Notes: a model not told the origin generated them from the sequence alone. Shown: positions 1 through 11,979, numbered from the stretch's first letter. The stretch is DNA of 64,000 nucleotides from Eledone cirrhosa (GCA_964016885.1 OZ024742.1:71362001-71426000); one strand, 5' to 3'. Made by a program: numbers and translations.

Positions 1-138
1 TGTGTATATATATATATGTGTATATATATATATGTGTATATATATATATGTGTGTATATATATATATGTGTATATATATATATGTATGTATATATATATA
101 TATGTATGTATATATATATATATGTATGTATATATATA

Positions 139-169
<31 letters not shown>

Positions 170-206
170 GTGTATATATATATATGTGTATATATATATA
201 TATGTG

Positions 207-239
<33 letters not shown>

Positions 240-323
240 GTGCGTGTATATATATATATATGTGTATATATATATATATATGTGCGTATATATATATATA
301 TGTGTATATATATATATATGTGC

Positions 324-373
<50 letters not shown>

Positions 374-380
374 ATGTATA

Positions 381-420
<40 letters not shown>
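1..420. repeat. (TA)n / TG-interrupted microsatellite, representative of dozens of similar tracts in the window
   Basis: Pure TA/TG/CA dinucleotide sequence; source of the spurious YI-rich ORFs. Confidence 0.97.
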
Positions 421-422
<2 letters not shown>

Positions 423-750
423 TCTGAACATTAATCAGTATACACTGAGGATGAAAAACTCAGAGCTGTATGGGAGCATCCCAAAAGTCAGCTCAAAATT
501 GGCACAGAGGAGACTGAGGTTAGCTGGACATGCTCACCGACATCCAGAGTTGGCATTGCACTCAGTGCTCTTGTGGGAGCCCCTTCATGGATACACTAGA
601 AGAGGAAGACCAAGGTTAACGTATGTTGATGCCCTAAGGACAGACACTGTTGGAGACGCAGGACATGGCAGCGATAATATGGGACAGAGATCGCTGGAGA
701 GAACTCGTCCATGGATCTCGGGAATTTTACCTGCCTTAGATAGATAGATA
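421..750 (+). mobile_element. 3' fragment of an RTE/RTEX-group LINE distinct from families A-C
   Basis: Translates to LINE C-terminal motifs ([15 protein letters not shown]...[18 protein letters not shown]) and ends in a (TAGA)n tail. Confidence 0.8.
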
Positions 751-845
751 TGTGTGTATATATATATATATACATATATGTGTATATATATATGTATGTG
801 TGTATATATATATATGTATGTGTGTATATATATATATATGTGTGT

Positions 846-1685
846 ATCATCATCATCATCATCATCATCAACGTTTAACGTCCGTGTTCCACGCTTGCAT
901 GGGTTTGGACGGGGGTAGTCCCACTTGAGGCAAGAGTGATTGTCTTGCTCGCATAGGACTGTCTGGCAGGTTTTCTACAGTTGGATGCCCTTCCTAACAC
1001 CAACCACATTTACAGTGTGGGTCTGGGAGGTTTTTACCGTGTTGCCTACACGGCCACATTACAGCGTGGACTGTGTGTTTTTTTGTCGTGACACCTACAC
1101 GATCTCATTTGTTTCGGCCTGGATGGCGCGGCACCAACATAACTTTACATAGAACGGGGTGGTGTGGATCGGGTGGGGGTGGTGGGACGGGGTGTATTTT
1201 GTTAGAGATGCCTACTGGCTGGAGTAGGTTTTACTATATATTTAGGTAAGGCGGGTCTTCTCTGTTACTGAGTACCGCCAAAGGTCTCGGTCCAGTGACA
1301 TTGTCTTGGAGAGGTGTAAGTGTGTGATGTCGGAGTTTATCAGCTCGTCCCAGGTTTTTCTAGGTCTGCCTATTCCGTGACTACCGTCTATCTTTATTGC
1401 CCTGCACTTTGTTATACAGCTATCGACTTTCATGCGCATCACGTGTCCATACCAACGTAGCCTTCTCTCGAGTAAACAACATCTGATCCCTCTTATCTCT
1501 AATTTATTCCTTAGTTCGTTTATGCTTTGCCGTTCACGTATATTACTGTTACACATCCAGCGGAGCATGCAAGCTTCGTTCCTCTCTAGTCTGCGTATAT
1601 CCTCTGCACACAATGCCCAGGTCTCACTGCCATGCAGCATTGCTGTTCGTATGCAGGCATCGTACAACCTGCCTTTCATTTTTAG
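846..1685 (-). mobile_element. RTE LINE family A, 5'-truncated
   Basis: ORF end [20 protein letters not shown]...[12 protein letters not shown]...GRPRKTW with stop at 1242, then 3'UTR and (GAT)n tail at 846-869. Confidence 0.93.
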
Positions 1686-1733
1686 TGTGTGTATATATAT
1701 ATATGTGTGTGTATATATATATACATGTGTGTA

Positions 1734-1784
<51 letters not shown>

Positions 1785-1835
1785 ATATATATGTATGTGT
1801 GTATATATGTATGTGTGTATATATGTATGTGTATG

Positions 1836-1866
<31 letters not shown>

Positions 1867-1883
1867 ATATATATATATATATA

Positions 1884-1931
1884 TGATGAAAGCACACCAT
1901 AATTTAACTTGGTGTCCTTGAAATATGTATA
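1884..1931 (+). ncRNA. Type I hammerhead ribozyme truncated at the first core base, within a ~98-bp insert (1884-1981) between TA tracts
   Basis: TGATGA, stem II aag-c-acacca/tggtgt-c-ctt, GAAA, tatgta, TA; the core C and the stem I 5' strand are replaced by (TA)n. Confidence 0.65.
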
Positions 1932-1980
1932 ATGAAATAAATATGGTTTTATAAATATAGTTTCCATTTGTTAATATATC

Positions 1981-2023
<43 letters not shown>

Positions 2024-2028
2024 GATAA

Positions 2029-2063
<35 letters not shown>

Positions 2064-2091
2064 TAAATAAATATATATATATATATATACA

Positions 2092-2123
<32 letters not shown>

Positions 2124-2164
2124 GATAAATAAATATATATATATATATATATATATACATTGCC

Positions 2165-3562
2165 CTTCAGGCTATAACAGAGGAGTTCAAGACAGGCTGC
2201 CCATGGGAACTCCTATACGCAGACGACCTGACACTCATAGCGGAATCAATGGCCGAGCTAGAGAAGAAATTCCAAACATGGAAGCACGGCCTAGAGTCAA
2301 AAGGACTTAACATTAACCTGGCTAAGACCAAAGTTCTAGTTTGTAGGAAAGAAAACAAGGCGGCGGTCCCTTCTGGGAAATGGTCGTGCTCGGTGTGTAG
2401 GAAAGGCGTAGGTAGAAACTCCATTTTATGTCCTAAATGCAAAGTATGGGTGCATAAAAGATGTAGTGGGATCACAGGTAAGCTAACTAAGAACATAGAT
2501 TTTACATGTGGCCTGTGTTCTGGTGCAATAAGTAGCAGCAAGTGCCCACAAAATACTAGCTCTTTCAATTGCGCAGAGGGTTCTATAGAAATAGTGGACA
2601 TCTTCCGTTACCTGGGCGATAAAATCAGCAGTGGGGGAGGGTGCTCTGAAAGTACTGTAGCTAGAGTCAGAACTGGTTGGAAAAAGTTCAGAGAGCTTAT
2701 ACCACTATTAGCTGCTAAAGGGTTCTCCCTAAAAATGAAAGGCAGGTTGTACGATGCCTGCATACGAACAGCAATGCTGCATGGCAGTGAGACCTGGGCA
2801 TTGTGTGCAGAGGATATACGCAGACTAGAGAGGAACGAAGCTTGCATGCTCCGCTGGATGTGTAACAGTAATATACGTGAACGGCAAAGCATAAACGAAC
2901 TAAGGAAAAAATTAGAGATAAGAGGGATCAGATGTTGTTTACTCGAGAGAAGGCTACGTTGGTATGGACACGTGATGCGCATGAAAGTCGATAGCTGTAT
3001 AACAAAGTGCAGGGCAATAAAGATAGACGGTAGTCACGGAATAGGCAGACCTAGAAAAACCTGGGACGAGCTGATAAATTCCGACATCACACACTTACAC
3101 CTCTCCAAGACAATGTCACTGGACCGAGACCTTTGGCGGTACTCAGTAACAGAGAAGACCCGCCTTACCTAAATATATAGTAAAACCTACTCCAACCAGT
3201 AGGCATCTCTAACAAAATACACCCCGTCCCACCACCCCCACCCCCACCCCATCCACACCACCCCGTTCTATGTAAAGTTATGTTGGTGCCGCGCCATAGG
3301 CCGAAACAAATGAGATCGTGTAGGTGCCACGACAAAAAAACACACAGTCCACGCTGTAATGTGGCCGTGTAGGCAACACGGTAAAAACCTCCCAGACCCA
3401 CACTGTAAATGTGGTTGGTGTTAGGAAGGGCATCCAACTGTAGAAAACCTGCCAGACAGTCTTATGCGAGCAAGACAATCACTCTTGCCTCAAGTGGGAC
3501 TACCCCTGTCCAAACCCATGCAAGCGTGGAACACGGACGTTAAACGTTGATGATGATGATGA
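2165..3562 (+). mobile_element. RTE LINE family A, 5'-truncated (RT YADD through 3'UTR)
   Basis: [13 protein letters not shown]-like CSVC..CPKC.WVHKRC..CGLC, stop at 3172, (GAT)n tail; near-identical to 846-1685 in inverted orientation. Confidence 0.95.
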
Positions 3563-3794
3563 TATATACATAAATAAATATATATATATCTATATATATA
3601 TATACATAAATAAACATATATATATATATGTATATACACGTGTGTGTGTGTGTATATATATATATATACATATATGTGTATATGTGTGTATATAGATATA
3701 CATATATGTGTGTGTATATAGATATATACATGTGTGTGTGTGTGTATATAGATATATACATGTGTGTGTGTATATATATATATATATACATGTG

Positions 3795-3832
<38 letters not shown>

Positions 3833-3867
3833 AAAGAATAGAGGTGTAACACACAAGTTATGATATA

Positions 3868-4056
3868 TTGGTAAACGGAAAAGAAAATGCTGACAAATTG
3901 TTCCCAGTGAAAAATAGTTTAATTAGGAATAAGTAAAAATTAGTAATTGTATTGGTTAGTATTCAGTTTTGGTTTTAAGTTTTACTTAAAACCAAAACTG
4001 AATACTAACCAACACTATTACTAATTTTTACTTATTTTCTTTTCCGTTTACCAATA
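3868..4056. repeat. Fold-back inverted duplication inside a TA tract
   Basis: ttggtaaacggaaaagaaaat ... attttcttttccgtttaccaa outer arms, plus inner arms ttggttagtattcagttttggttttaagt / acttaaaaccaaaactgaatactaaccaa. Confidence 0.85.
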
Positions 4057-4210
4057 TATATATATATATATGTGTGCATATATATATATATATATGTGTG
4101 CATATATATATATATATATGTGTGCATATATATATATATATATGTGTGCATATATACATATATATGTGTGCATATATACATATATATGTGTGTATATATA
4201 CATATATATG

Positions 4211-4274
<64 letters not shown>

Positions 4275-4289
4275 CATATATGTATGTGT

Positions 4290-4445
4290 ATAGCTCTCAC
4301 AAAAGCTAAGTAGAGGGGTTTACTTTTAGCTAGGTACTTCTGTAGTTGGTGTACAATGAAAAGACCGTCTGTGGTACTTTTACCTGACACAAACCCGAAC
4401 TGCATTTCATCCAGATCAATTCGCTCTCTGATTAGTTGCGCTAAT
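4290..4445 (-). mobile_element. Internal RTE RT fragment
   Basis: [49 protein letters not shown] matches the RT of families B/C. Confidence 0.88.
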
Positions 4446-4475
4446 ATATATGTATGTGTATATATATACATATAT

Positions 4476-4799
4476 GGAGGCACATGGCTTAGTGGTTAGA
4501 GCACTGGCCTTGCAATCGAAAGGTTGTGAGTTCAACTCTCAGACCAGGTGATGTGTTGTTTCCTTGAACAAGACACTTTATTTCACATTGCTCCAGTTTA
4601 CTCAGCTGTAGAAATGAGATGATAGGGACTCTGGTCCACTGCAAAGTGGTCGTGGAGGTGCCATGGCAAAAAGCACCCAGCACTCACTGTAAATGAGGTT
4701 GGTGTTAGGAAGGGCATCCAGCTGTAGAAATCAAGCCAGAATCAGTTCCCGTCCCATCCTTGCAAGCAGGGGAAAAAGCGGACGTAAAATGATGATGAT
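4476..4799 (+). mobile_element. tRNA-headed CORE-like SINE with RTE-derived 3' end
   Basis: A box tggcttagtgg, B box gagttcaactct, central ccttgaacaagacactt...ctgtagaaatg, tail shared with RTE 3' ends and (GAT)n; copies at 12768 and 63477. Confidence 0.85.
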
Positions 4800-4860
4800 A
4801 TATATATGTATGTGTATATATATATATATATATATATGTTATATATATATACATGTATAT

Positions 4861-4905
<45 letters not shown>

Positions 4906-4926
4906 TGTTATATATATACATGTATA

Positions 4927-5022
<96 letters not shown>

Positions 5023-5025
5023 CAT

Positions 5026-5633
5026 GGTAGCTGTCAACTCGTTTTTGAGTACGGCCACTACTTTATATCCATGTAGGAGAACCCCTACCGATGCGCTGAA
5101 CGAGTGTGGCTTTTAAGTCCAGCCAGCGACTTGAAAACTCTGGTACAAACACTACACTTGTGACAATTATTGACACATAGTGCTGGGACCATGGTACCAT
5201 GTAACGACAAGTGCAGAGAGATCTCCAGATATAAAGCAATGCCTGTGCCTTGAAGCTTTTATAGTGAGCAAAGGCACTGCACAAAGCCAGTCCCACTCTC
5301 TTAACCAAGATGATATTTACCAAAAAGAAGAACAAGTCAACATCATTGGATACCATCAGGGTTGCAGGTGTTATATCAGAATTTTCATTCTCCTAGAATT
5401 CTGCCTTGACAAAGGCTAAGGGGTCATCTCTCCCTGTGATTTTGGATGGCCATTGACTCTTAAGAGCTCCTTTGCCCTTTGACAGGTTTTGTTTTTAGTC
5501 CTGCAGGATGTCTAAAGTCACCCTCCTCACCAAGAAACCTCGGTGGGGTTGCCAGTTTAGTCGCCAACGACCCGACCATGGGACAGGTTGTACTGGAATA
5601 CATGTTACCAGTAGCACCAACTGGTGACCTGAC
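5026..5633 (-). mobile_element. Bipartite non-autonomous RTE derivative (5'UTR-like part fused to 3' end)
   Basis: 5' half has an RTE 5'UTR-like motif ctaggagaatgaaaattctga; 3' half encodes a terminal C2H2 finger [25 protein letters not shown] (5162-5085), then a gtactc/gagt hairpin; no RT in between. Confidence 0.65.
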
Positions 5634-5656
5634 ATATACATACATACATACATATA

Positions 5657-5729
<73 letters not shown>

Positions 5730-5939
5730 TGATACTATATAGAGTATTATACTATATAGTAAAATATACTATGAAAATAATTGCCATATATTGTTACTTG
5801 AGGGTGTGAACTACTCTATACAGCTTGTCAATACGAACAAAATGTTTTTTGATTCGACTGTGTCACATCAACCTATCTCTTATAAACACATCTGTGGCTG
5901 CTTCGTTAACAATCTTAATTTCATTGAACTACTGGTTAA

Positions 5940-6087
5940 TAATTGTTTCTACTTTTGGCACAAGGCCAGCAATTAGCCAGTACATTACTGGTACTTTATT
6001 TTATCGACCCCGTAAGGATGAAAGGCAAAGTTAACTTGGGAGGGACGTAACTGTGCTGCAAAGCATGGCGTCTGACCCTCTACCGAT
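5940..6087 (-). mobile_element. Meta-domain-like tRNA SINE, internally deleted
   Basis: Reverse complement of gcctttcatccttacggggtcgataaaataaagtaccag and the gaaacaatt tail; matches the 38985 copy. Confidence 0.85.
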
Positions 6088-6204
6088 TATTTGTTTGCCA
6101 GAAAAAAATTTGTCTAAGGTGTCACACAGTGGGAATGATCGCGTAATCATGCTTGCGAAGCGAATTTCCTAATTACACATTTATGCCTTGGTTTGAGAGG
6201 TGTT

Positions 6205-6435
6205 TCAGTTGCACCCCACAGACAAAATGGCAAAGGTATTGCCGCAGAGAATGGCCAGTGACACCTGCTGCAACAGCCACTTCACCTCATGGGGCTCCTT
6301 CTTCGGCTGGGTTGCTGTCTTTCTGATTTTACAAAGGAAATCAACAGTGCGGTGACTGAGGACACCTGAGGTCTTGATGGTGACTGGTATGAAAAGGAAG
6401 CAGTTGGTCAAGTCTCAGTATTTGGTTGTTTGCTG
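6205..6435 (-). mobile_element. C-terminal relic of a CRE-like (restriction-like endonuclease) non-LTR retrotransposon
   Basis: FLFIPVTIKTSGVLS...DFL...WLLQQVSLAILCGNTFAIL resembles the CRE C-terminus FxPxAxETxG...LxQRxSxAxxRGNA. Confidence 0.6.
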
Positions 6436-6509
6436 GCTTCACATAGAAATAATCATCAAATGAATCAATGGAAGAAGATAAGATAAGAATTCACATTTCA
6501 TTAAAGACC

Positions 6510-6800
6510 CAGTTGTAGGTGGTTTTAGTAGTAATAGTGGTTGTAGGTTGTTGTGATGGTAGTAATAGTTGTTGGTAGTGATAGTATTTGTGGTGGTGGT
6601 GGTAATAGTTGTAAGGAGTAATAATAGTTGTGGTGGTGGTGGTAATACTTGTAAGGAGTATTAGTAGTTGTGGTGGTGGTACTAGTAGTTATAGAAATAG
6701 TTCTGGTTGTAGGTAGTTAAAGTAGTAATAGTTGTAGGAAGTGATAGTAGTGGTGGTGGTAGTTATAGTTGTAGATGGTTATAGTAATTGTGACAATATG
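6510..6800. repeat. Degenerate GTA/GTG/GTT trinucleotide tract (similar tracts at 31740-32300, 58620-58850, 61560-61685)
   Basis: Low-complexity G/T-rich triplets. Confidence 0.85.
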
Positions 6801-6943
6801 GCCACTGTCTTCACTCAATAGTAATATATAGAATATATAGTAACTAACACATTTATTGAGGGTTGCAGTTGAAGATGGGGAAAAAGAGGTGTCTATACAC
6901 GGAAAAATAAGAGACATGAGGTGAATGAGATAATGTACATTTG

Positions 6944-8620
6944 TGTGTGTTGTAGAGATGTAGCTAGAGTGTGCTGTAGAGATGTAGCTAGAGTGTGTGC
7001 TGTAGAGATGTAGCTAGAGTGTGTGCTGTAGAGATGTAGCTAGAGTGTGTGTTGTAGAGATGTAGCTAGAGTGTGTGCTGTAGAGATGTAGCTAGAGTGT
7101 GTGTTGTAGAGATGTAGCTAGAGTGTGTGCTGTAGAGATGTAGCTAGAGTGTGCTGTAGAGATGTAGCTAGAGTGTGTGTTGTAGAGATGTAGCTAGAGT
7201 GTGTGCTGTAGAGATGTAGCTAGAGTGTGCTGTAGAGATGTAGCTAGAGTGTGTGCTGTAGAGATGTAGCTAGAGTGTGTGCTGTAGAGATGTAGCTAGA
7301 GTGTGTGCTGTAGAGATGTAGCTAGAGTGTGTGCTGTAGAGATGTAGCTAGAGTGTGTGTTGTAGAGATGTAGCTAGAGTGTGTGCTGTAGAGATGTAGC
7401 TAGAGTGTGTGCTGTAGAGATGTAGCTAGTGTGTGTGTGTGTTGTAGAGATGTAGCTAGTGTGTGTGTGTGTGTTGTAGAGATGTAGCTGGTGTGTGTGT
7501 CAGCTGTAGAGATGTAACTTGTGTGTGTGTTGTAGAGATGTAGCTAGTGTGTGTGTTGTAGAGATGTAGCTAGAGTGTGTGTTGTAGAGATGTAGCTAGA
7601 GTGTGTGCTGTAGAGATGTAGCTAGAGTGTGTGTTGTAGAGATGTAGCTAGAGTGTGTGCTGTAGAGATGTAGCTAGAGTGTGTGCTGTAGAGATGTAGC
7701 TAGAGTGTGTGCTGTAGAGATGTAGCTAGAGTGTGTGCTGTAGAGATGTAGCTAGAGTGTGTGCTGTAGAGATGTAGCTAGAGTGTGTGTTGTAGAGATG
7801 TAGCTAGAGTGTGTGTTGTAGAGATGTAGCTAGAGTGTGCTGTAGAGATGTAGCTAGAGTGTGTGCTGTAGAGATGTAGCTAGAGTGTGTGCTGTAGAGA
7901 TGTAGCTAGTCTGTGTGCTGTAGAGATGTAGCTAGTGTGTGTGTGTGTTGTAGAGATGTAGCTAGTGTGTGTGTGTGTGTTGTAGAGATGTAGCTGGTGT
8001 GTGTGTCAGCTGTAGAGATGTAGCTTGTGTGTGTGTTGTAGAGATGTAGCTAGTGTGTGTGCTGTAGAGATGTAGCTAGAGTGTGTGCTGTAGAGATGTA
8101 GCTAGAGTGTGTGTTGTAGAGATGTAGCTAGAGTGTGTGCTGTAGAGATGTAGCTAGAGTGTGTGCTGTAGAGATGTAGCTAGAGTGTGTGCTGTAGAGA
8201 TGTAGCTAGAGTGTGTGCTGTAGAGATGTAGCTAGAGTGTGTGTTGTAGAGATGTAGCTAGTGTGTGTGTTGTAGAGATGTAGCTAGTGTGTGTGTGCTG
8301 TAGAGATGTAGCTAGAGTGTGTGTTGTAGAGATGTAGCTAGTGTGTGTGTTGTAGAGATGTAGCTAGTGTGTGTGTGTTGTAGAGATGTAGCTAGTGTGT
8401 GTGTTGTAGAGATGTAGCTAGTGTGTGTGTGTTGTAGAGATGTAGCTAGTGTGTGTGTGTTGTAGAGATGTAGCTAGTGTGTGTGTGTTGTAGAGATGTA
8501 GCTAGTGTGTGTGTGTTGTAGAGATGTAGCTAGTGTGTGTGTGTTGTAGAGATGTAGCTAGTGTGTGTGTGTTGTAGAGATGTAGCTAGAGTGTGTGTTG
8601 TAGAGATGTAGCTAGTGTGT
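6944..8620. repeat. Minisatellite with ~24-bp unit (gt)n-gctgtagagatgtagctaga
   Basis: About 1.7 kb of tandem copies with a constant tgtagagatgtagct core and variable GT run. Confidence 0.97.
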
Positions 8621-9262
8621 TCAGAGAGAAGAGAGCTGGTGTATGTGGAGAGACAGAAAAAAGAAGCAATGACGGAAACAGAAGAGAGCTGGTGAGAGAA
8701 AGAGGTTGAGTGGATAAATATAATGTTTGAGTTGTCGTTGTCATTTGTAATCGAACTTGCAAGGATGGGTAAATTGATAAACTCTCTTCCCATACTCCCC
8801 ACTGTTTCTATTTCTCTCCATCTTTTCTCCGATAAAATATCTCATTTTTTTAACTTCATTTTAGTGTTTCCACTAACGTTTCTATGGATATACCATATTA
8901 ATTTCCTTCTTGGCTTTTTCATTTTCTTTCTCTTCTAAATTCTTTACTAGTGTCTCTGTCTACCCCCTCTCCCTCTATCTCTGCCATAGTCACACATCTC
9001 ACACTCAACCAACCAACCAACCTACCTACCTACCTATCTATCTACCTTGCTGTTGTCCTGTCTAAAGAAATCTTGCTTGAGACCTCACATCCTCTATTTT
9101 AACGTTGTCTAAACCGTTTATATAATCTAATAGAAGCTGCAGCAGCTTCACTCGTCTTCAGTGAGAATGAACATTGAAGGTGTTTGTGTGCGTGCATGTA
9201 TTCTCAACGTTGTATGTATTTTTGTGATTGAAATGTGTGTGCATATATCTATAAATATATAT

Positions 9263-11979
9263 TAGAGTGTGCCATAAAAAGCAAGGTCACAATACTAACG
9301 CTCCCTGTGTATTTTCCCATTATAAATGCCCCAATTGGTAAAATAAAACATATTTTGTATAAAATAAATTATTTTGAGTCTTGCCTATATCATGGTGATT
9401 ATAGTGGAAAGTGTGATTATGTTGCATGAAATCATGAAAATGTGAAACCAAATATGACCATACAATAATTGTTTATTTTATTAATCCATTATATTTAGTA
9501 AACCAGCTTTGAATATAAAGTCGTACAAGGAAGAAACAAGTTCAGTTAAGTTCACTCCAGTCATATTTTTTTCAGAGTTTCTTTTTTGAAATCCAGGACC
9601 TTGCAACGATGAGCTTCGACTACTTGAAGAACACACTGCTTCTCCTCCTCATTCTTGGTGATGGCAACAAAACCAGTTATCAACTTGACTGCTCTCTCCG
9701 CTAGATCGTTGACTACCTTGATATTTTGAACAACAGCACAGGCATTTTGATATGACACTTGTGATGACGAAGTTGCAGGTGACAGCTCAAGCCAAGTATC
9801 GTAGAGACCAAGGAGATCGAACAGAAGCCTTGATTTCTTTCCAACTAGATGAGGCAGCTTCGTGGACGACTTCAACTCGGGAAATACTGGAGCACCACGG
9901 TCGAGAAGCCCAGACGTTTTCGTTTTGACAAGACGTCGGGCTATTTGTTTCTTCTCGGACTCTTGGACCTGACTTGAAAACAGCGCTAGCGGAATGGCTT
10001 CCTCCGTGAGGTACCAAAGATGCCTGCTCAGAGCAGTAGTGGCTGCCTGCGAGAGATCTGTCAGCCTTACTGTACTGTGTCAACTCCACGTAGAATTGAA
10101 GGTCATTGGATGGTGCATCAGCACACTTGACTGCTATCAGCCAGTATCGTACGTAGAGCAGAGCATTGAACATACAGATCTGACGCAACTTTTCCATTTT
10201 AGCTTGATCGTAATTGAGTTGCTCACCAAATGCATACATCTTTGCACTATAGATGATTGTGGACATCCACCGAGCGTAATGATGTGCACCAGCCAGCATC
10301 CAATGAATTCCACGAGGAGGGGTGACACCAAGCAATATAAACATCAACTCGGCACATTCTCGGTAGTCGTCCCGTGGAAGAGAACTCATTTTCCCATCGT
10401 CGGATGTCAGCAAATCTTGGAGGAACTTGATGTTCTCAGAACACAGACGCTTGAGTCTCCGGTTGACAATGTTCAATGTTTTAAAGTTGGTCTTGTCCCT
10501 GAGTGACACCCAATCTGTTTTGAACTCCTTGAACTCTGGGGTGTCTGGACTGGACATTACTCCGAATAGTTGTTGCCACACTGCACACAAGATACGCTCC
10601 ATGACATGGTGCTGACAAGCAAAATAAAACACCTTTTTGTTGAGCATCTCTTCTAGTTTCACGCAGGCACCATTTTTCCATCCAGAATTCGAAGCAGTTG
10701 TGTCGAAGACCAAGCCCACCACAGACCCATCAACATTCCAATCTTTAACAAGATCAAATGATGCTTTGGCTTGGGTGGTTCCAGTGCCATCAGGAATTAT
10801 GGGAACACTGAGGAGTTTACCTTCTCTGAAGTCTGGAGTTCCAGCAGCTAGGTCACCAGGAATTATTTTGCCATCCCAATGCAAGGTAACAAAGTCTGAT
10901 ACAGCAAATTGTTCCTTTATGTGTTTAGCCCCCACAGTTCTGATCTTCTTAGCTGCACATCTGTTACTATTCTTGGAGAGAGTTGTGGCGTCTATGTCAG
11001 TCCCACTCTCAGAAATAATCGATGCCATAGTGTCACGTTTAAACGATCAGCCATGAGAGAAATTTTGGGACTTTGAAATGGATTCTTTGGGAGTTCCAGC
11101 TGGATTTTTTGTTTCTTGTCTGACTTTGAGCTGTCTCTGGGTGGGTTTGAGGCCTGAAATTCAGGATCCTGTTCATCTTCAGTTTCATCATTGGTTGAAC
11201 TTGAATCACTCAGTTCATTACGTGGAAGTTGTGCTGCTACAGATCCTGACAAATGCTTTTGATGGTTCTCTGACTCACGACGAGCCACATAAACCTGATC
11301 ACGCTTAAACTTTGAAGATACCTTTTCCTGGTAACCCTTGTCTTCAGCACCCAGAGATACTTTTTTCTGGTAACACAGGGCTTCGAGAAATATAGCATCT
11401 TCCATTTTCTGTTCATTATTACGAAGATGGTCTTTCAAAATTTTCTTTTCAGCATCAGTATGTGCAATGTAGAAAAACGAATCCAATTCAGAAATAAATA
11501 GTGCTTCCTTTTCTTTGTTTGACTTAGAACCTTTGTTTTTTTGTAAATTTCTGTATTCACTGTACATGTTCATAATTTTCAGTTTCACTTTGTCTTTTCG
11601 TTGAGTCGCCACACCAGCTTTTTCCCACTGATTAACTACTTCCATCACAAGCCTATCCGCAATAGCACTATTGAAGCTCACATGCTTTTCGTGTTTCATT
11701 GGACCATCTTTCAGGTAGAAGAAATATCTTAGAACATCCCCCTTTGTTGGTATTTTGTTTGGTGAAAAGGATGTAACATATTGCCCCAGGAGCCATATTT
11801 CTTGATCATCACAACAGAGCGAGTAGCTACAACTAGGCCCACTGGTTTCTGCCATTATTCTGCCAATTTGCAACTATTAGGCAAGACTTAAATTAGTCTG
11901 AAATAATCAAAATTACATTGCATAGGGAGCTAAGAAAAAAAACACTTTTGTGTAAAATGTGGGATTCTGGAACATCCTA
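9263..11979 (-). mobile_element. Full-length hAT-superfamily (hATm-like) DNA transposon
   Basis: Imperfect TIRs tagagtgtgccataa / taggatgttccagaa, 8-bp TSD atatatat (9255-9262 and 11980-11987), internal transposase. Confidence 0.8.
9561..11855 (-). pseudogene. hATm-like transposase with two frameshifts (near 11030 and near 10048)
   Basis: Motifs LHWDGK, FDTTASNSG, ACQHH, DDYRE, HHYARWM, SRHLWYLTEE, VVNDLAERAVKL spread over three consecutive frames. Confidence 0.85.

Noticed and set aside
3888-3930. Possible hammerhead CTGACAA-attg-ttcc-cagt-GAAA
   Set aside because: Core mismatch and no stem I can be formed
4476-4550. tRNA gene
   Set aside because: A/B boxes belong to SINE heads that continue into SINE bodies, with no cloverleaf or terminator
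6944-8620. CRISPR-like regular repeat
   Set aside because: No unique spacers (only GT-run length variation), no cas genes, eukaryotic context
9994-11308. Plus-strand ORFs in the transposon, and antisense ORFs in RTE copies
   Set aside because: Shadow frames of the real coding strand with no recognisable motifs
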